Shown here: positions 9,466-19,518 of the stretch, piece by piece
Position numbering within the stretch: the stretch's first letter is position 1
Layout: each line of letters opens with the position of its first letter
Assembly: GCA_934089255.1 (NCBI GenBank)
Contig: CAKOJI010000002.1
Coordinates: 606-64,605 of the forward strand
DNA: 64,000 nucleotides
Direction of reading: 5' to 3'
Source: an uncultured Bacilli bacterium
GTDB taxonomy: Bacteria; Bacillota_I; Bacilli_A; RF39; UBA660
Notes under the pieces: model-generated
What the model was told of the DNA's origin: nothing
What the model saw: the letters and a program-made list of their open reading frames with translations, nothing else
Databases searched by the model: none
Made by a program: the position numbers and the translations under genes

Positions 9466-9552
9466 ATGAGAATAGACTTTATGATAAATCAAATAATATA
9501 CGAAATTGAAGCTGCAAACTTAAAAGCATACAAAACTCATTTGTATATATAA
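9466..9552 (+). CDS. Candidate 28-aa micro-protein in its own transcription unit
   Basis: TTGATA N16 TGtTAAAAT promoter (9417-9444), RBS gaaagaagga, ATG 9466, stop 9550-9552. The stop runs into a GAAA-tetraloop hairpin plus T-run (9551-9571). Peptide MRIDFMINQIIYEIEAANLKAYKTHLYI. Confidence 0.35.
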   Translation: MRIDFMINQIIYEIEAANLKAYKTHLYI

Positions 9553-9578
9553 AACTCGAAAGAGTTTTTTTCTATTGC

Positions 9579-9607
9579 TTGACAATATAAATTAATAATT
9601 ATAAAAT
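9579..9607 (+). promoter_or_regulatory. Sigma-A type promoter for gpsB(-rnpB)
   Basis: TTGACA (9579-9584) N17 TAAAAT (9602-9607). Confidence 0.6.
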
Positions 9608-9631
9608 ATATTTATAAGAAGGGTGATATTC

Positions 9632-9961
9632 ATGTATAATGAAAAGTTTTATTTAACAACTCAAGATATTTTAGATAAAGAATTTAAAATAGATGCAAGA
9701 GGATATAGACCTCAAGAAGTTGATAAATTTTTAGATATGGTAATAAGAGATTATACAGAATTTATGAATATCATAAAAAAATTAGAAAAAGAAAATAGAA
9801 TTTTAACTAGTGACTATGACAAGTTAAAAAATGAATATAGAAAATTAAGAGATAATATAGAATCCGCTAGCGAAAATACTGGTGGTTTATCAAATAATAA
9901 TCTGGACCTTCTTAGAAGATTAAGCAATCTTGAAAAAACAGTTTATGGAAAAGATAATTAA
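9632..9961 (+). CDS. gpsB: DivIVA-domain cell-division protein GpsB
   Basis: LTTQDILDKEFKIDARGYRPQEVDKFLDMVIRDYTEF is the GpsB/DivIVA N-terminal domain; about 110 aa. RBS gggtga N5 ATG 9632. Confidence 0.8.
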   Translation: MYNEKFYLTTQDILDKEFKIDARGYRPQEVDKFLDMVIRDYTEFMNIIKKLEKENRILTSDYDKLKNEYRKLRDNIESASENTGGLSNNNLDLLRRLSNLEKTVYGKDN

Positions 9962-10301
9962 AATCTAAGGCAAACGCTGCATATTATTATATGTAGAGGA
10001 AAGTCCATGCTCGCACTGTCCTGAAATGGCAGTAGTGTTCGTGCTAAAGGAAAAAATAACTTTAGGTAGTTTTTACTAACGGCTTCGAAATAACCTTAAA
10101 TGGTTAAATTAGATATAAAAGTGCCAAAGAGACGAGTATATTTGGAAACGAATATAGTGGAACGTGGTAAACCCCACGAGCGAGAAACCCAAATTTGGTA
10201 GGGGAGCCTTTACAAAAGAAACAAATGGAGTAAAGGACAACTAATGTTGTAGATAAATGTTTGCCGCCTATTTATAGGTACAGAACATGGCTTATTAGAT
10301 T
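9962..10301 (+). ncRNA. rnpB: RNase P RNA (Firmicutes type B-like)
   Basis: GAGGAAAGTCCATGCTCGCA, GTAGTGTTCGTGC, AACCCCACGAGCGAGAAACCCAAATTTGGTAGGGGA and TGCCGCC...ACAGAACATGGCTTA align with the conserved regions of B. subtilis rnpB. 5' AATCTAAG pairs with 3' CTTATTAGATT (P1). Confidence 0.92.
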
Positions 10302-10333
10302 TTATTTTTTATTTTTTAAAGGAGTGAGAACTT

Positions 10334-10801
10334 TTGATAAATGTTGGTGATACTTTAAGAAATTCTAGAGAAGTATCAGGGGTAACTTTAGAAGAAGTAA
10401 GTACAGATTTAGAAATACCAGTCATATTATTAGAACAAATAGAAGATGGTAATATTGGTGCTTTTAAAGATATATTTAAATTAAAAGAATATATAAGAAA
10501 ATATGCAAAATATTTAGGGCTTGATGCAGACGATGTAATAGACGAATTTAATTCATTTATGTTTGAAAGAACTAGTAAAATTCCAATGGACAAAATAGAA
10601 GAGGCAACAAATGAAAACAAAATAACAGAAGAACATCAGGAAAGAGTTGCATCCCCATATACAAAAGCAATACCAAAAATTAAAACTACACCATATATCA
10701 TTGCGCTTGTAATTGCATTTATACTAATGCTAATAGCACTTATATGGAGTATTAGACAAGTAACAACAATGAATACAACAAGTTATATAGTAATAAGATA
10801 G
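10334..10801 (+). CDS. rodZ: RodZ-like membrane-anchored HTH protein
   Basis: VGDTLRNSREVSGVTLEEVSTDLEIPVILLEQIEDGN...YIRKYAKYLGLD plus a C-terminal TM. TTG start with aaaggagtga RBS; sits before pgsA as ymfM does in Bacillus. Confidence 0.7.
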   Translation: MINVGDTLRNSREVSGVTLEEVSTDLEIPVILLEQIEDGNIGAFKDIFKLKEYIRKYAKYLGLDADDVIDEFNSFMFERTSKIPMDKIEEATNENKITEEHQERVASPYTKAIPKIKTTPYIIALVIAFILMLIALIWSIRQVTTMNTTSYIVIR

Positions 10802-10812
10802 GAGTTTTTTAT

Positions 10813-11409
10813 ATGAATTTACCAAACAAAATAACTATGGTTAGAATATTTTTAGCAGTAATAGTTTTAGTACTTTTAATGTTTCCATACGGTCAAATAG
10901 GAGTTAATGTTCCAATTTATAAAGTAGGAGCTAATGTAACAATAAGTTTAAATTATATTGTAGCGGGAGTATTATTTATTATTGCATCAATTACTGACTT
11001 TTTAGACGGAAATATTGCAAGAAAAAATAATTTAGTAACAGATTTTGGAAAAGTAATGGATGCTATAGCAGATAAAGTTTTAGTTAACGGAGTATTAATA
11101 ATTTTAGCATATAATGGTAATATTCCATTAATTATACCTGTAATAATAATTACAAGAGATACTGTAGTAGATTCTATAAAAATGGTTGCAGGTTCAAAAG
11201 GAAAAGCCGTAGGAGCAAGTATTTGGGGAAAATTAAAAACAATATGTATGATGGTTGGATTAAGTTTAGTTTTCTTTTCAAATATACCATTTGAATTAAT
11301 AGGATTTAGATTAGATTATATACTACTTATAGCAGCAACTATTCTATCAATATATTCTGGAATTCAATATTTTATAGTAAATAAAAAATACTTTATAGAA
11401 GACAAATAA
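10813..11409 (+). CDS. pgsA: CDP-diacylglycerol--glycerol-3-phosphate 3-phosphatidyltransferase
   Basis: MNLPNKITMVRI..., DFLDGNIARKNNLVTDFGKVMDAIADK (CDP-alcohol phosphatidyltransferase motif). Confidence 0.9.
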   Translation: MNLPNKITMVRIFLAVIVLVLLMFPYGQIGVNVPIYKVGANVTISLNYIVAGVLFIIASITDFLDGNIARKNNLVTDFGKVMDAIADKVLVNGVLIILAYNGNIPLIIPVIIITRDTVVDSIKMVAGSKGKAVGASIWGKLKTICMMVGLSLVFFSNIPFELIGFRLDYILLIAATILSIYSGIQYFIVNKKYFIEDK

Positions 11410-11450
11410 AAGTCTTCTATTTTTAATTAATACAAATTTTTAAAATTAGT

Positions 11451-11502
11451 AATACATTTGTTCGTAAAAAGTGTTGACAAATATTTTTTTACTTGTTACA
11501 AT
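11451..11502 (+). promoter_or_regulatory. recA promoter with candidate LexA (Cheo) box
   Basis: TTGACA (11474-11479) N17 TACAAT (11497-11502). AATACATTTGTTCG (11451-11464) reads CGAACAAATGTATT on the other strand: one perfect GAAC half-site, second half degenerate. Confidence 0.5.
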
Positions 11503-11523
11503 TAATTTGTAAGGAGCTAGAAT

Positions 11524-12537
11524 ATGAAAACTATAAAAGATATAACTGATAAAGATAAAGCATTAGAACAAGTTCTTGCTGATATCGAAAAACAATTTGG
11601 TAAAGGTTCAATAATGAAATTAGGAGGAAATGAACATTTAGAAATAGAAACAACATCCAGTGGTTCATTAGGGTTAGACATAGCACTTGGTGTTGGTGGA
11701 TTTCCAAAAGGAAGAATAATTGAAATTTATGGACCAGAAAGTAGTGGTAAAACTACTATTGCATTACAAGCAGTTGCAGAAGTACAAAAAAAAGGTGGAC
11801 GTGCTGCTTTTATAGACGCGGAACATGCGTTAGACCCAGTATATTCAAAACAATTAGGAGTAAACATTGATGAATTATTACTTTCACAACCTGATACAGG
11901 AGAACAAGCACTAGAAATTTGCGAAGCATTAGTAAGAAGTGGAGCAGTAAATATCGTAGTAATTGACTCAGTTGCAGCACTTGTTCCACAAGCAGAAATT
12001 GAAGGAGAAATGGGCGACTCACACGTTGGACTACAAGCAAGGCTAATGAGTCAAGCACTTAGAAAATTAAGTGGAACAATAAATAAAACTAATACGACAG
12101 CAATATTTATAAATCAATTAAGAGAAAAAGTTGGTGTATTATTTGGAAATCCAGAAACAACTCCAGGTGGAAGAGCATTAAAATTTTATTCAACAATAAG
12201 ATTAGATATCAGACGTGGAGAACAAATTAAACAAGGTGATAGTATTATAGGTAATAAAACTAATATAAAAGTTGTTAAAAATAAAGTTGCACCACCATTT
12301 AAAACTGCAAGTGTTGATATAATGTATGGAAAAGGCGTTTCAAAATCGGGAGAAATAATTGATATAGGAAGTAGCATTGACATAGTAGAAAAAAGTGGAG
12401 CTTGGTATTCTTATAAAGGTGAAAAAATTGGACAAGGTAGAGAAAATGCAAAACTATATTTAGAAAACAATCCAAAAGTTAGTGAAGAAATAGAACACCA
12501 AATTAGACAACATTTTGAGTTAGAACCAAAAAAATAA
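11524..12537 (+). CDS. recA: Recombinase RecA
   Basis: GPESSGKTT Walker [28 protein letters not shown]: canonical RecA. Confidence 0.98.
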   Translation: MKTIKDITDKDKALEQVLADIEKQFGKGSIMKLGGNEHLEIETTSSGSLGLDIALGVGGFPKGRIIEIYGPESSGKTTIALQAVAEVQKKGGRAAFIDAEHALDPVYSKQLGVNIDELLLSQPDTGEQALEICEALVRSGAVNIVVIDSVAALVPQAEIEGEMGDSHVGLQARLMSQALRKLSGTINKTNTTAIFINQLREKVGVLFGNPETTPGGRALKFYSTIRLDIRRGEQIKQGDSIIGNKTNIKVVKNKVAPPFKTASVDIMYGKGVSKSGEIIDIGSSIDIVEKSGAWYSYKGEKIGQGRENAKLYLENNPKVSEEIEHQIRQHFELEPKK

Positions 12538-12543
12538 TTTAAA

Positions 12544-12566
12544 AAGCCAAATCAACTTGGCTTTTT
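12544..12566 (+). terminator. Intrinsic terminator after recA
   Basis: AAGCCAA atcaac TTGGCTT followed by a T-run. Confidence 0.75.
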
Positions 12567-12655
12567 AAAATTGTTGCAAAATAACAAAATAAATTTTATA
12601 ATAAGAATATAAGTAATTAGAAGTATAAATTATTTATAAATAGATGGAGGAAATT

Positions 12656-14074
12656 ATGGAATTAACAATAACTTCCATAATCACTCTTATAATTGGTTTA
12701 TTTATTGGTGCAGTTACAATTTTTATAATTGTAGTTGTAACTGGCGCTGGAGCAGGAAAAAAAGCTGAAAAATTATTAAATGATGCTAAAAAAGAAGCAG
12801 AAAAGCATAAAAGAGAAGAAATGTTACAAAATCGAGATAATATGCTAGAACAAAAAGATAATAATTTAAATGCTTTACAAAAAAATATCCAAGAAAAAGA
12901 GTTGAGAATGGATGAACTACTAAAACAAGAAATGGAAAAATTAGAAGGCATTGCAAAATTTACAAAAGAACAAGCACATAAAATGATATTAGACAGAGTA
13001 GAAACTGATATGTCTAAAGAAATTGCTGAATTAATTAAAGAAAAAGAAGCGGAAGCAAAACTTGAAGTAGATAAAAAAGCAAAAGATTTACTAGTAAATA
13101 GTATGCAAAGATATTCTAATGATGTTACAAATATTCAAACTGTTACAACAATTGAATTACCAAACGATGATATGAAAGGTAGATTAATAGGAAGAGAAGG
13201 AAGAAATATTCGTACTATAGAAGCTATAACAGGAGTTGACTTAATAATTGATGACACTCCAGAAGCAATAGTAATATCTTCATTTGATCCGTTAAGAAGA
13301 GAAATTGCTAAAATAACTATAGAAACTTTAATCAAAGACGGAAGAATACACCCAACTAGAATAGAAGAAATATATGATAAAGTTTGCTCAGATATGAATT
13401 CTCAAATTATTGAAATTGGTAATAATACAATAGTAGAATTAGGATTAACTAAATTTGATCCTGAATTAGTAACACTAATTGGAAAATTAAATTTCAGAAC
13501 TAGTTATGGACAAAATGCTCTACAACATTCAAAGGAAGTAGCACATCTATCAGGATTAATTGCAGCAGAGTTAGGAGAAAATATCACTTTAGCGAAAAGA
13601 GCAGGATTACTTCACGATATCGGGAAATCAATAGATTATGAAGTCGAAGGAAGTCACGTTGATATCGGTGTTGATATTGCCAAAAAATATAAAGAAGATA
13701 ATATAATTATCAATTCTATTGCATCTCATCACGGAGATACTGAATCAAAAAGTATAATTGCAGTAATAGTACAAATTGCTGATACATTATCAGCAGCAAG
13801 ACCAGGAGCACGTAATGACTCAATGGAAAATTATATTAAAAGATTAGAACAATTAGAAGAAATAGGAAATAGCTTCTCTGGAGTAGAAAAAACTTATGCA
13901 ATGCAAGCTGGCAGAGAAGTAAGAGTAATTGTAAAACCAGATGAAATAGATGATTTAACTAGTTTTAAAGTTGCAAGAGATATTAAAGACAAAATAGAAG
14001 AAACAATGCAATATCCTGGAACTATAAAAATTACTGTAGTAAGGGAAACTAGAGCAGAAGAAATAGCAAAATAA
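12656..14074 (+). CDS. rny: Ribonuclease Y
   Basis: N-terminal TM, coiled coil, KH ([12 protein letters not shown]) and HD (LLHDIGK...HHG) domains. ATG 12656 follows gatggagg. Confidence 0.95.
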   Translation: MELTITSIITLIIGLFIGAVTIFIIVVVTGAGAGKKAEKLLNDAKKEAEKHKREEMLQNRDNMLEQKDNNLNALQKNIQEKELRMDELLKQEMEKLEGIAKFTKEQAHKMILDRVETDMSKEIAELIKEKEAEAKLEVDKKAKDLLVNSMQRYSNDVTNIQTVTTIELPNDDMKGRLIGREGRNIRTIEAITGVDLIIDDTPEAIVISSFDPLRREIAKITIETLIKDGRIHPTRIEEIYDKVCSDMNSQIIEIGNNTIVELGLTKFDPELVTLIGKLNFRTSYGQNALQHSKEVAHLSGLIAAELGENITLAKRAGLLHDIGKSIDYEVEGSHVDIGVDIAKKYKEDNIIINSIASHHGDTESKSIIAVIVQIADTLSAARPGARNDSMENYIKRLEQLEEIGNSFSGVEKTYAMQAGREVRVIVKPDEIDDLTSFKVARDIKDKIEETMQYPGTIKITVVRETRAEEIAK

Positions 14075-14075
14075 A

Positions 14076-14097
14076 AATTTAGGATCGCCTAAATTTT
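14076..14097. terminator. Bidirectional terminator between rny and the convergent HD-domain gene
   Basis: AAATTTAGG atcg CCTAAATTT flanked by A-run and T-run. Confidence 0.65.
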
Positions 14098-15207
14098 TTT
14101 TAATATATTATATTCATTTATAAAATAATTATCAGTCATACCAGCAATATAATCAATTATAATTCTTTCATTAGAATTATTCTTTATATATTCTAAAGAC
14201 ATTTCATTCAAAAAACATTTATAAATATTATATTCATTAATATTATTATTTAAAATCATTAAACACTTATCAAAAACAACGTTAAACATCATTTCGTATT
14301 CATTTATTTGATCTTTACTATTAGATTTTAAATAAATATTCATATAATTAAAACTAATTAACTCATTAAGTGCATCATAAATATCATCACTTAAAGCAAT
14401 ATAATTTTTACCAATTGAATTATTAATAATATCTAATATCAAAGTATTAACAATTTCCCTATTATTTCTTCCAAGTTTATCTAAAATAGTTTTAGGAATA
14501 TCATCTCTAGATATTATATTAATTTCTATAGCATCTTCTAAATCCCTTCCAATATATCCAATAATATCACTAATCCTAACAACACACGCTTCAAGAGACA
14601 TTGGTATTAAATTATTACAAATTTCTTTACTCTTATATGAATTATTATAATCATTTAAAAAATCTTCTTTATTTTTACTTTTATAGATATATTTTTTTAA
14701 TAATTTTTCTCCATTATGACATAATATTCCATCTAAAACTTGAATAGAAATATTTTTTCCTTCACCATAATTTTCAACATTCATTAAATTTCTAACACTT
14801 TGAATATTATGCATAAAAATTCCTTGATTATGTTTTATAGATATTTTATTTAAAATAGCTTCACCAACGTGACCAAAAGGAACGTGGCCTAAATCGTGTC
14901 CTAAACTTATAGCCTCTATTAAATCTTCATTTAAATTTAATGCTCTACCAATTGTCCTAGCAATTTTACTTACTAATTGTACGTGAATAATTCTTTTTGA
15001 TATGTGATCATTACTAGTATTGGAATAAACTTGAGTTTTATCACTATATCTAGTATAAGATAAACTATGTATAATCCTATCAATATCTCTATAATATTCT
15101 GGTCTTATATCACTTATATTTTCATTTATTCTAATAGCATCACTACTTAAAGTAGCATAAGGACTAAGTAACTTTTCATATTTAACCATATTATCTTTTA
15201 TATTCAT
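14089..15207 (-). CDS. dGTP triphosphohydrolase-like HD-domain protein
   Basis: YRDIDRIIHS..YTRYSDKTQV, RIIHVQLVS..., GHDLGHVPFGHVGE: the dGTPase-like family pattern. Confidence 0.8.
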   Translation of the reverse strand: MNIKDNMVKYEKLLSPYATLSSDAIRINENISDIRPEYYRDIDRIIHSLSYTRYSDKTQVYSNTSNDHISKRIIHVQLVSKIARTIGRALNLNEDLIEAISLGHDLGHVPFGHVGEAILNKISIKHNQGIFMHNIQSVRNLMNVENYGEGKNISIQVLDGILCHNGEKLLKKYIYKSKNKEDFLNDYNNSYKSKEICNNLIPMSLEACVVRISDIIGYIGRDLEDAIEINIISRDDIPKTILDKLGRNNREIVNTLILDIINNSIGKNYIALSDDIYDALNELISFNYMNIYLKSNSKDQINEYEMMFNVVFDKCLMILNNNINEYNIYKCFLNEMSLEYIKNNSNERIIIDYIAGMTDNYFINEYNILKKI

Positions 15208-15286
15208 AACATCACCTTTAATGTATTATAACATAAGTATCAATATTTTGAACAAATACATATAATATCTTGTAAAAGGAGTGTTT

Positions 15287-16270
15287 ATGAAAAAAATAAT
15301 AATAAGTATTATTATCTTAATAATTGTAATTACTACAACAATTATAATTATTAATAAAAAAGATAATAAAAGTAATTTAACAAAAGTAAAAGTTGCAGAG
15401 GTAACTCATTCTGCATTCTATGCACCTTGGTATGTAGCAATAGAGAAAGGATATTTCAAAAATAATGGACTTGATATTGAAGTAATACTTACTAGTGGTG
15501 CAAATAACGTAGTTGCTGCTGTTTTATCAAACGATGTAAATATAGGACTATGTGGACCAGAAGCAACTATATATATTTATAATGAAGGAGAAAAAGACTA
15601 TATAAAAACCTTTTCAGGTTTAACAAAAAGAGATGGACAATTTATAGTGTCTAGAAAAAAAGAAGAAAATTTTGATATTAATAACCTAAAAAATAAAGAG
15701 GTATTAGCAGGAAGAATAGGTGGAATGCCTGAATTAAATTTTGAAAATGCTTTAAGAAATAGTAATATATCAGTAAATGATGTAAACATCAATACAACAA
15801 TAGACTTTGCATCTTTAACTGGAGCATTTATAGGTGGTACTGGAGATTATGTAAATTTATTTGAACCAAATGCAACTAAATTAGAAAATTTAGGATACGG
15901 TTACGTAGTAAAATCTATAGGTATCCTATCTGGTGAAATGCCATACACAGCATTTAATGCAAGAAAAAGTTATATTAATAATAATCCTAAAGTTATAAAA
16001 TCTTTTGCAAAATCTATAAAAGAAGGTTTAGAATTCGTTAGTAAGAATGATTCAAAAACTATAGCAAATACAATTATAAATCAATTCCCAGATACATCAA
16101 TAAATGATTTAATAAAAATAATAGATAGATATAAAGAAAACGATTCTTGGCTTGAAACACCTTATATTAGTGAAGAAAGTTTTAAAAACTTATTGAATAT
16201 TATGATTGAATCTAATCAAATAAAAGAATATGTTGATTATAACGATTTAATCATTAATTATTATGAATAA
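15287..16270 (+). CDS. ABC transporter substrate-binding protein (NMT1/THI5-like; nitrate/sulfonate/taurine class)
   Basis: N-terminal TM/lipobox-less anchor. VAEVTHSAFYAPWYVAIEKGYFK..G pattern; operon with ATPase and permease. ATG 15287 after aaggag. Confidence 0.7.
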   Translation: MKKIIISIIILIIVITTTIIIINKKDNKSNLTKVKVAEVTHSAFYAPWYVAIEKGYFKNNGLDIEVILTSGANNVVAAVLSNDVNIGLCGPEATIYIYNEGEKDYIKTFSGLTKRDGQFIVSRKKEENFDINNLKNKEVLAGRIGGMPELNFENALRNSNISVNDVNINTTIDFASLTGAFIGGTGDYVNLFEPNATKLENLGYGYVVKSIGILSGEMPYTAFNARKSYINNNPKVIKSFAKSIKEGLEFVSKNDSKTIANTIINQFPDTSINDLIKIIDRYKENDSWLETPYISEESFKNLLNIMIESNQIKEYVDYNDLIINYYE

Positions 16271-17009
16271 TAATGTTTTAGAAATTAAAGAATTATGTAA
16301 AACATATTATACTAATTTAGGGTGTGTTGAAGCACTAAAAAATGTAAATTTAGAAGTAAAAAAAGGTGAGATATTAGGTGTAATAGGAAATAGTGGTTGT
16401 GGAAAAAGTACTTTACTTTCAATATTGGCAAAACTAGATAAATATACTAGTGGAGAAATAAAATCTTTAAAAAAAGACTATGTTGTAGGTTATATGTTAC
16501 AAAACGACGCTTTATTTCCTTGGCTAAACATATTAGATAACGCAACACTTGGTTTAAAAATAAAAGGTATTAAAACAAAAGAAAATATAGACTATACAAA
16601 AAAACTATTAGAAAATTATGGCTTAAAGGATTTTATGTACAAATATCCCAGTAATCTATCTGGTGGTATGAAACAAAGAGTAGCCTTAGTAAGGACACTG
16701 GCAATAAAACCAGATATATTATTACTAGATGAACCATTTTCAAAATTAGATTTAATTACAAGATTAGATATTAGTAACGATGTATATAAAATAATAAAAC
16801 AAATGGGTATTACAACTATAATAATAAGCCACGATATTGCAGAATGTATTAGTCTTTGTGATAGAGTAGCAGTAATGTCAAAAAGACCAGGTACAATAAA
16901 AAATATTCATAAAATAAATCTATTAAACAAAACAATTCCATCAAAAAATAGAACAGACGAAAAATTTTATTATTACTATGATATTTTGTGGAAGGAGATA
17001 GATAAATGA
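16263..17009 (+). CDS. ABC transporter ATP-binding protein
   Basis: GNSGCGKST Walker A, LSGGMKQR signature, LLLDEPFS Walker B. Confidence 0.9.
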   Translation: MNNNVLEIKELCKTYYTNLGCVEALKNVNLEVKKGEILGVIGNSGCGKSTLLSILAKLDKYTSGEIKSLKKDYVVGYMLQNDALFPWLNILDNATLGLKIKGIKTKENIDYTKKLLENYGLKDFMYKYPSNLSGGMKQRVALVRTLAIKPDILLLDEPFSKLDLITRLDISNDVYKIIKQMGITTIIISHDIAECISLCDRVAVMSKRPGTIKNIHKINLLNKTIPSKNRTDEKFYYYYDILWKEIDK

Positions 17010-17782
17010 ATGAGTTAAGAAAAAAACTAAAAACAGAAAAATACACAATAAAAATATTACAATTTACAATAGGAATATCATTTATATTAATATGGGAATT
17101 ATTAAGTAGATTTAATATAATAAATAGTTTTATATTCTCAAGCCCCACAAAAATAGTAAAAACAATTATAGATTTATATTTAGAAAACAAACTATTAACA
17201 AACATATATGTTACATTAATGGAATTATTTATATCATTTGGTTTAGGAAGTATTATTGGATTTGTAATAGCACTAATTTTTTATAGATTTAATATAATAA
17301 AAAAAATATTTGACCCATATCTAACATTACTTAATAGTCTTCCTAAAGTAGCCTTAGGTCCACTTTTAATAATATGGATAGGAGCAAATAATAAATCAAT
17401 AATAGTTATGGCTTTATTAATAAATCTTATAGTATCAATAGTAGGCTTCTATAACGGTTTTATTAATACTGATGAATATAAAATTAGTTTATTAAAGTCC
17501 TTCGGAGCAAATGAAAGACAAATAATATTTCATCTAGTAATACCAGAATGTCTAGAAAACATATTCTCTACATTAAAATTAAATATATCTATGTCATTAA
17601 TAGGAGTAATAATGGGAGAATTCTTATCTAGTAAAAGTGGAATAGGTTATTTAATATTATACGGTACACAAGTATTTAATTTAAATTTAGTTATGGCAGG
17701 TATCACTTTATTACTTATATTATCTTATTTATTATATTTAATAATAAATACATTTGAAAAACGTTCATTAAGACATATGTAG
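17006..17782 (+). CDS. ABC transporter permease
   Basis: Six predicted TM segments, overlapping start (ATGA) with the ATPase gene; BPD-type permease layout. Confidence 0.8.
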   Translation: MNELRKKLKTEKYTIKILQFTIGISFILIWELLSRFNIINSFIFSSPTKIVKTIIDLYLENKLLTNIYVTLMELFISFGLGSIIGFVIALIFYRFNIIKKIFDPYLTLLNSLPKVALGPLLIIWIGANNKSIIVMALLINLIVSIVGFYNGFINTDEYKISLLKSFGANERQIIFHLVIPECLENIFSTLKLNISMSLIGVIMGEFLSSKSGIGYLILYGTQVFNLNLVMAGITLLLILSYLLYLIINTFEKRSLRHM

Positions 17783-17934
17783 AAAACTTAACTTTTTAGG
17801 TTTTCTTTTATTTTTATAATATCATAAGGTTTCTAAAACTATCACATTATAATACATCTTTTCATAAACACCCAAAAAAAATATTCACAAAATTTATATA
17901 ATATAAAATAAAATACACTATGTTTTTAAAGCGT

Positions 17935-17968
17935 AAAAAAACTCTACTTGTGAAATCTTAAGTAGAGT
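17935..17968 (-). terminator. Orphan minus-strand intrinsic terminator
   Basis: Perfect 9-bp stem ACTCTACTT/AAGTAGAGT (17941-17949 / 17960-17968), followed on the minus strand by a run of T (plus-strand A-run 17935-17940). No annotated minus-strand gene feeds it. Confidence 0.7.
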
Positions 17969-18069
17969 TAATATGTAATAGACCAATCATCTATTACATA
18001 ATTATTATTTCCAACTAGTAAAAATATATACATAAAAAATACTAATTTAATAAATAAACACAATACCAT
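17968..18069 (-). CDS. Candidate 33-aa hydrophobic peptide (type I toxin-like), not in ORF track
   Basis: ATG at 18069-18067, TAA at 17970-17968 abutting the orphan terminator. Peptide MVLCLFIKLVFFMYIFLLVGNNNYVIDDWSITY. Putative minus-strand promoter TTGGAA (18138-18133) N17 TAAGAT (18115-18110). Weak RBS, and AT-rich DNA produces such ORFs by chance. Confidence 0.3.
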   Translation of the reverse strand: MVLCLFIKLVFFMYIFLLVGNNNYVIDDWSITY

Positions 18070-18258
18070 CTATCTATTTAATTGTAATTGGAGTGATAAA
18101 ATGAGAAAAATCTTATTGCAATTTATAAATTGTTCCAATCTTTTTATAACGAATTAAATATAACAATAAAAGATAAAGTATTCTATTAACAGATAAAAAC
18201 TATCCAAATTATCCAATAAGTGATGGAGAAATAACGTTTAAAATTTAAAAAAAATACC

Positions 18259-18292
18259 TTGTTTCATAACTAAACTAGAAACAAGGTTTTTG
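18259..18292. terminator. Hairpin terminator (usable on both strands) closing a short plus-strand non-coding unit
   Basis: CCTTGTTTC ataactaaacta GAAACAAGG with TTTTT downstream on plus and an A-run upstream. Confidence 0.65.
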
Positions 18293-18384
18293 TATACAAA
18301 AAAAAGAAAATATTTAAAATATACAAAATTCATAAAAAATACATAAACCTATGATATAATTACTATAGTTTAGGAAGTGGTTTT

Positions 18385-19518
18385 ATGATATATCTAGATT
18401 ACGCTGCAAATACTCCAGTAGAAAAAGAAGTATTAAAAGAATTTGTAAATGCAACAACAAAATTTATTGCAAATCCAAACAGCACCCATCCACTTGGTAT
18501 AGAAGCAAAAAAACAAATTGACAGTGATAGTAAAATAATAAGTTCATATTTTAATATAAATCCTGAAAGTATAATATATACAAGCGGATCAAGTGAATCA
18601 AACAATTTAGTAATAAAAGGTATAGCTGACATAAATAAAGATAAAGGACGTCACATAATAATTTCTGCTATTGAACACTCAAGCATAATAGCACCGTGTA
18701 ATTACCTAACAACAAAAGGATATGAAGTAAGCGTAATACCAATACTTCCTAATGGTGAAATAGATTTAGAAACTTTAAAAAATACCATAAGAGATGACAC
18801 AATTTTAGTAAGCATATGTTATGTAGACAGCGAATTAGGAACAATACAACCTATAAATAAGATAGGTAAAATAGTAAGCAAATATCCAAACTGTTTATTC
18901 CATACAGATGCAACACAAGCAATAGGTAAAATAAATGTAGATTTTAAAAATGTAGATTTTGTTACATTTGCACCACATAAATTTTATGGACTAAATGGAT
19001 TCGGTGCATTATTAAATATAAATAATAACAAACTTACTCCATTAATACATGGCGGTAAATCAACAACAATTTATAGAAGTGGTACACCAGTACTAGCTAA
19101 CGTAGTTGCATTAAGAAAATCAATAGAACTTGCACTAGATAATTTAAATGAAAGATACGAAAAAATAACAAACCTAAATAACTATCTAAAAGAAGAATTA
19201 AGTATATTTTCTAAAGTACACATTAATAGTCCAAAAAACTCAATACCAAATACCATTAACTTTAGTCTAATAAATATGGACGCAAAAAAAATAGTAGAAG
19301 AATTATCAAAACAAGGAATTTGTTTATCAACAACATCTGCGTGTTCTTTAGGAAACACACCATCTAAATCTGTATATGCTATAACAAACGATTTAGAATT
19401 AGCAAAAAACAGTATAAGAATAAGTATAAGTCACTTAACAAAACTAGATGAGTTAGAAGAGTTTATAAAAACATTTAAAACTATATATGATAAGGAGTTA
19501 ATCAATGAAAATAATTAA
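18385..19518 (+). CDS. Cysteine desulfurase (NifS/IscS-like class V aminotransferase)
   Basis: MIYLDYAANTP, FAPHKFYGLNGFG (PLP lysine), LSTTSACS (catalytic Cys loop). Confidence 0.88.
   Translation: MIYLDYAANTPVEKEVLKEFVNATTKFIANPNSTHPLGIEAKKQIDSDSKIISSYFNINPESIIYTSGSSESNNLVIKGIADINKDKGRHIIISAIEHSSIIAPCNYLTTKGYEVSVIPILPNGEIDLETLKNTIRDDTILVSICYVDSELGTIQPINKIGKIVSKYPNCLFHTDATQAIGKINVDFKNVDFVTFAPHKFYGLNGFGALLNINNNKLTPLIHGGKSTTIYRSGTPVLANVVALRKSIELALDNLNERYEKITNLNNYLKEELSIFSKVHINSPKNSIPNTINFSLINMDAKKIVEELSKQGICLSTTSACSLGNTPSKSVYAITNDLELAKNSIRISISHLTKLDELEEFIKTFKTIYDKELINENN

Noticed and set aside
14089-15207. dGTPase-like HD protein as an anti-phage nucleotide-depletion defence gene
   Set aside because: It sits between rny and a metabolic ABC transporter with no mobile or defence neighbours, and shares a bidirectional terminator with rny. 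A housekeeping dGTPase-like role is the simpler reading.
18101-18157. 18-aa plus-strand micro-ORF MRKILLQFINCSNLFITN with a GGAGTGA RBS
   Set aside because: The best plus-strand promoter element (TGaTAAAAT, 18094-18102) overlaps its start codon, so the likely transcript would begin downstream of the ATG. The apparent RBS is the complement of the minus-strand leader. Treated as part of the small-RNA locus rather than as a gene.
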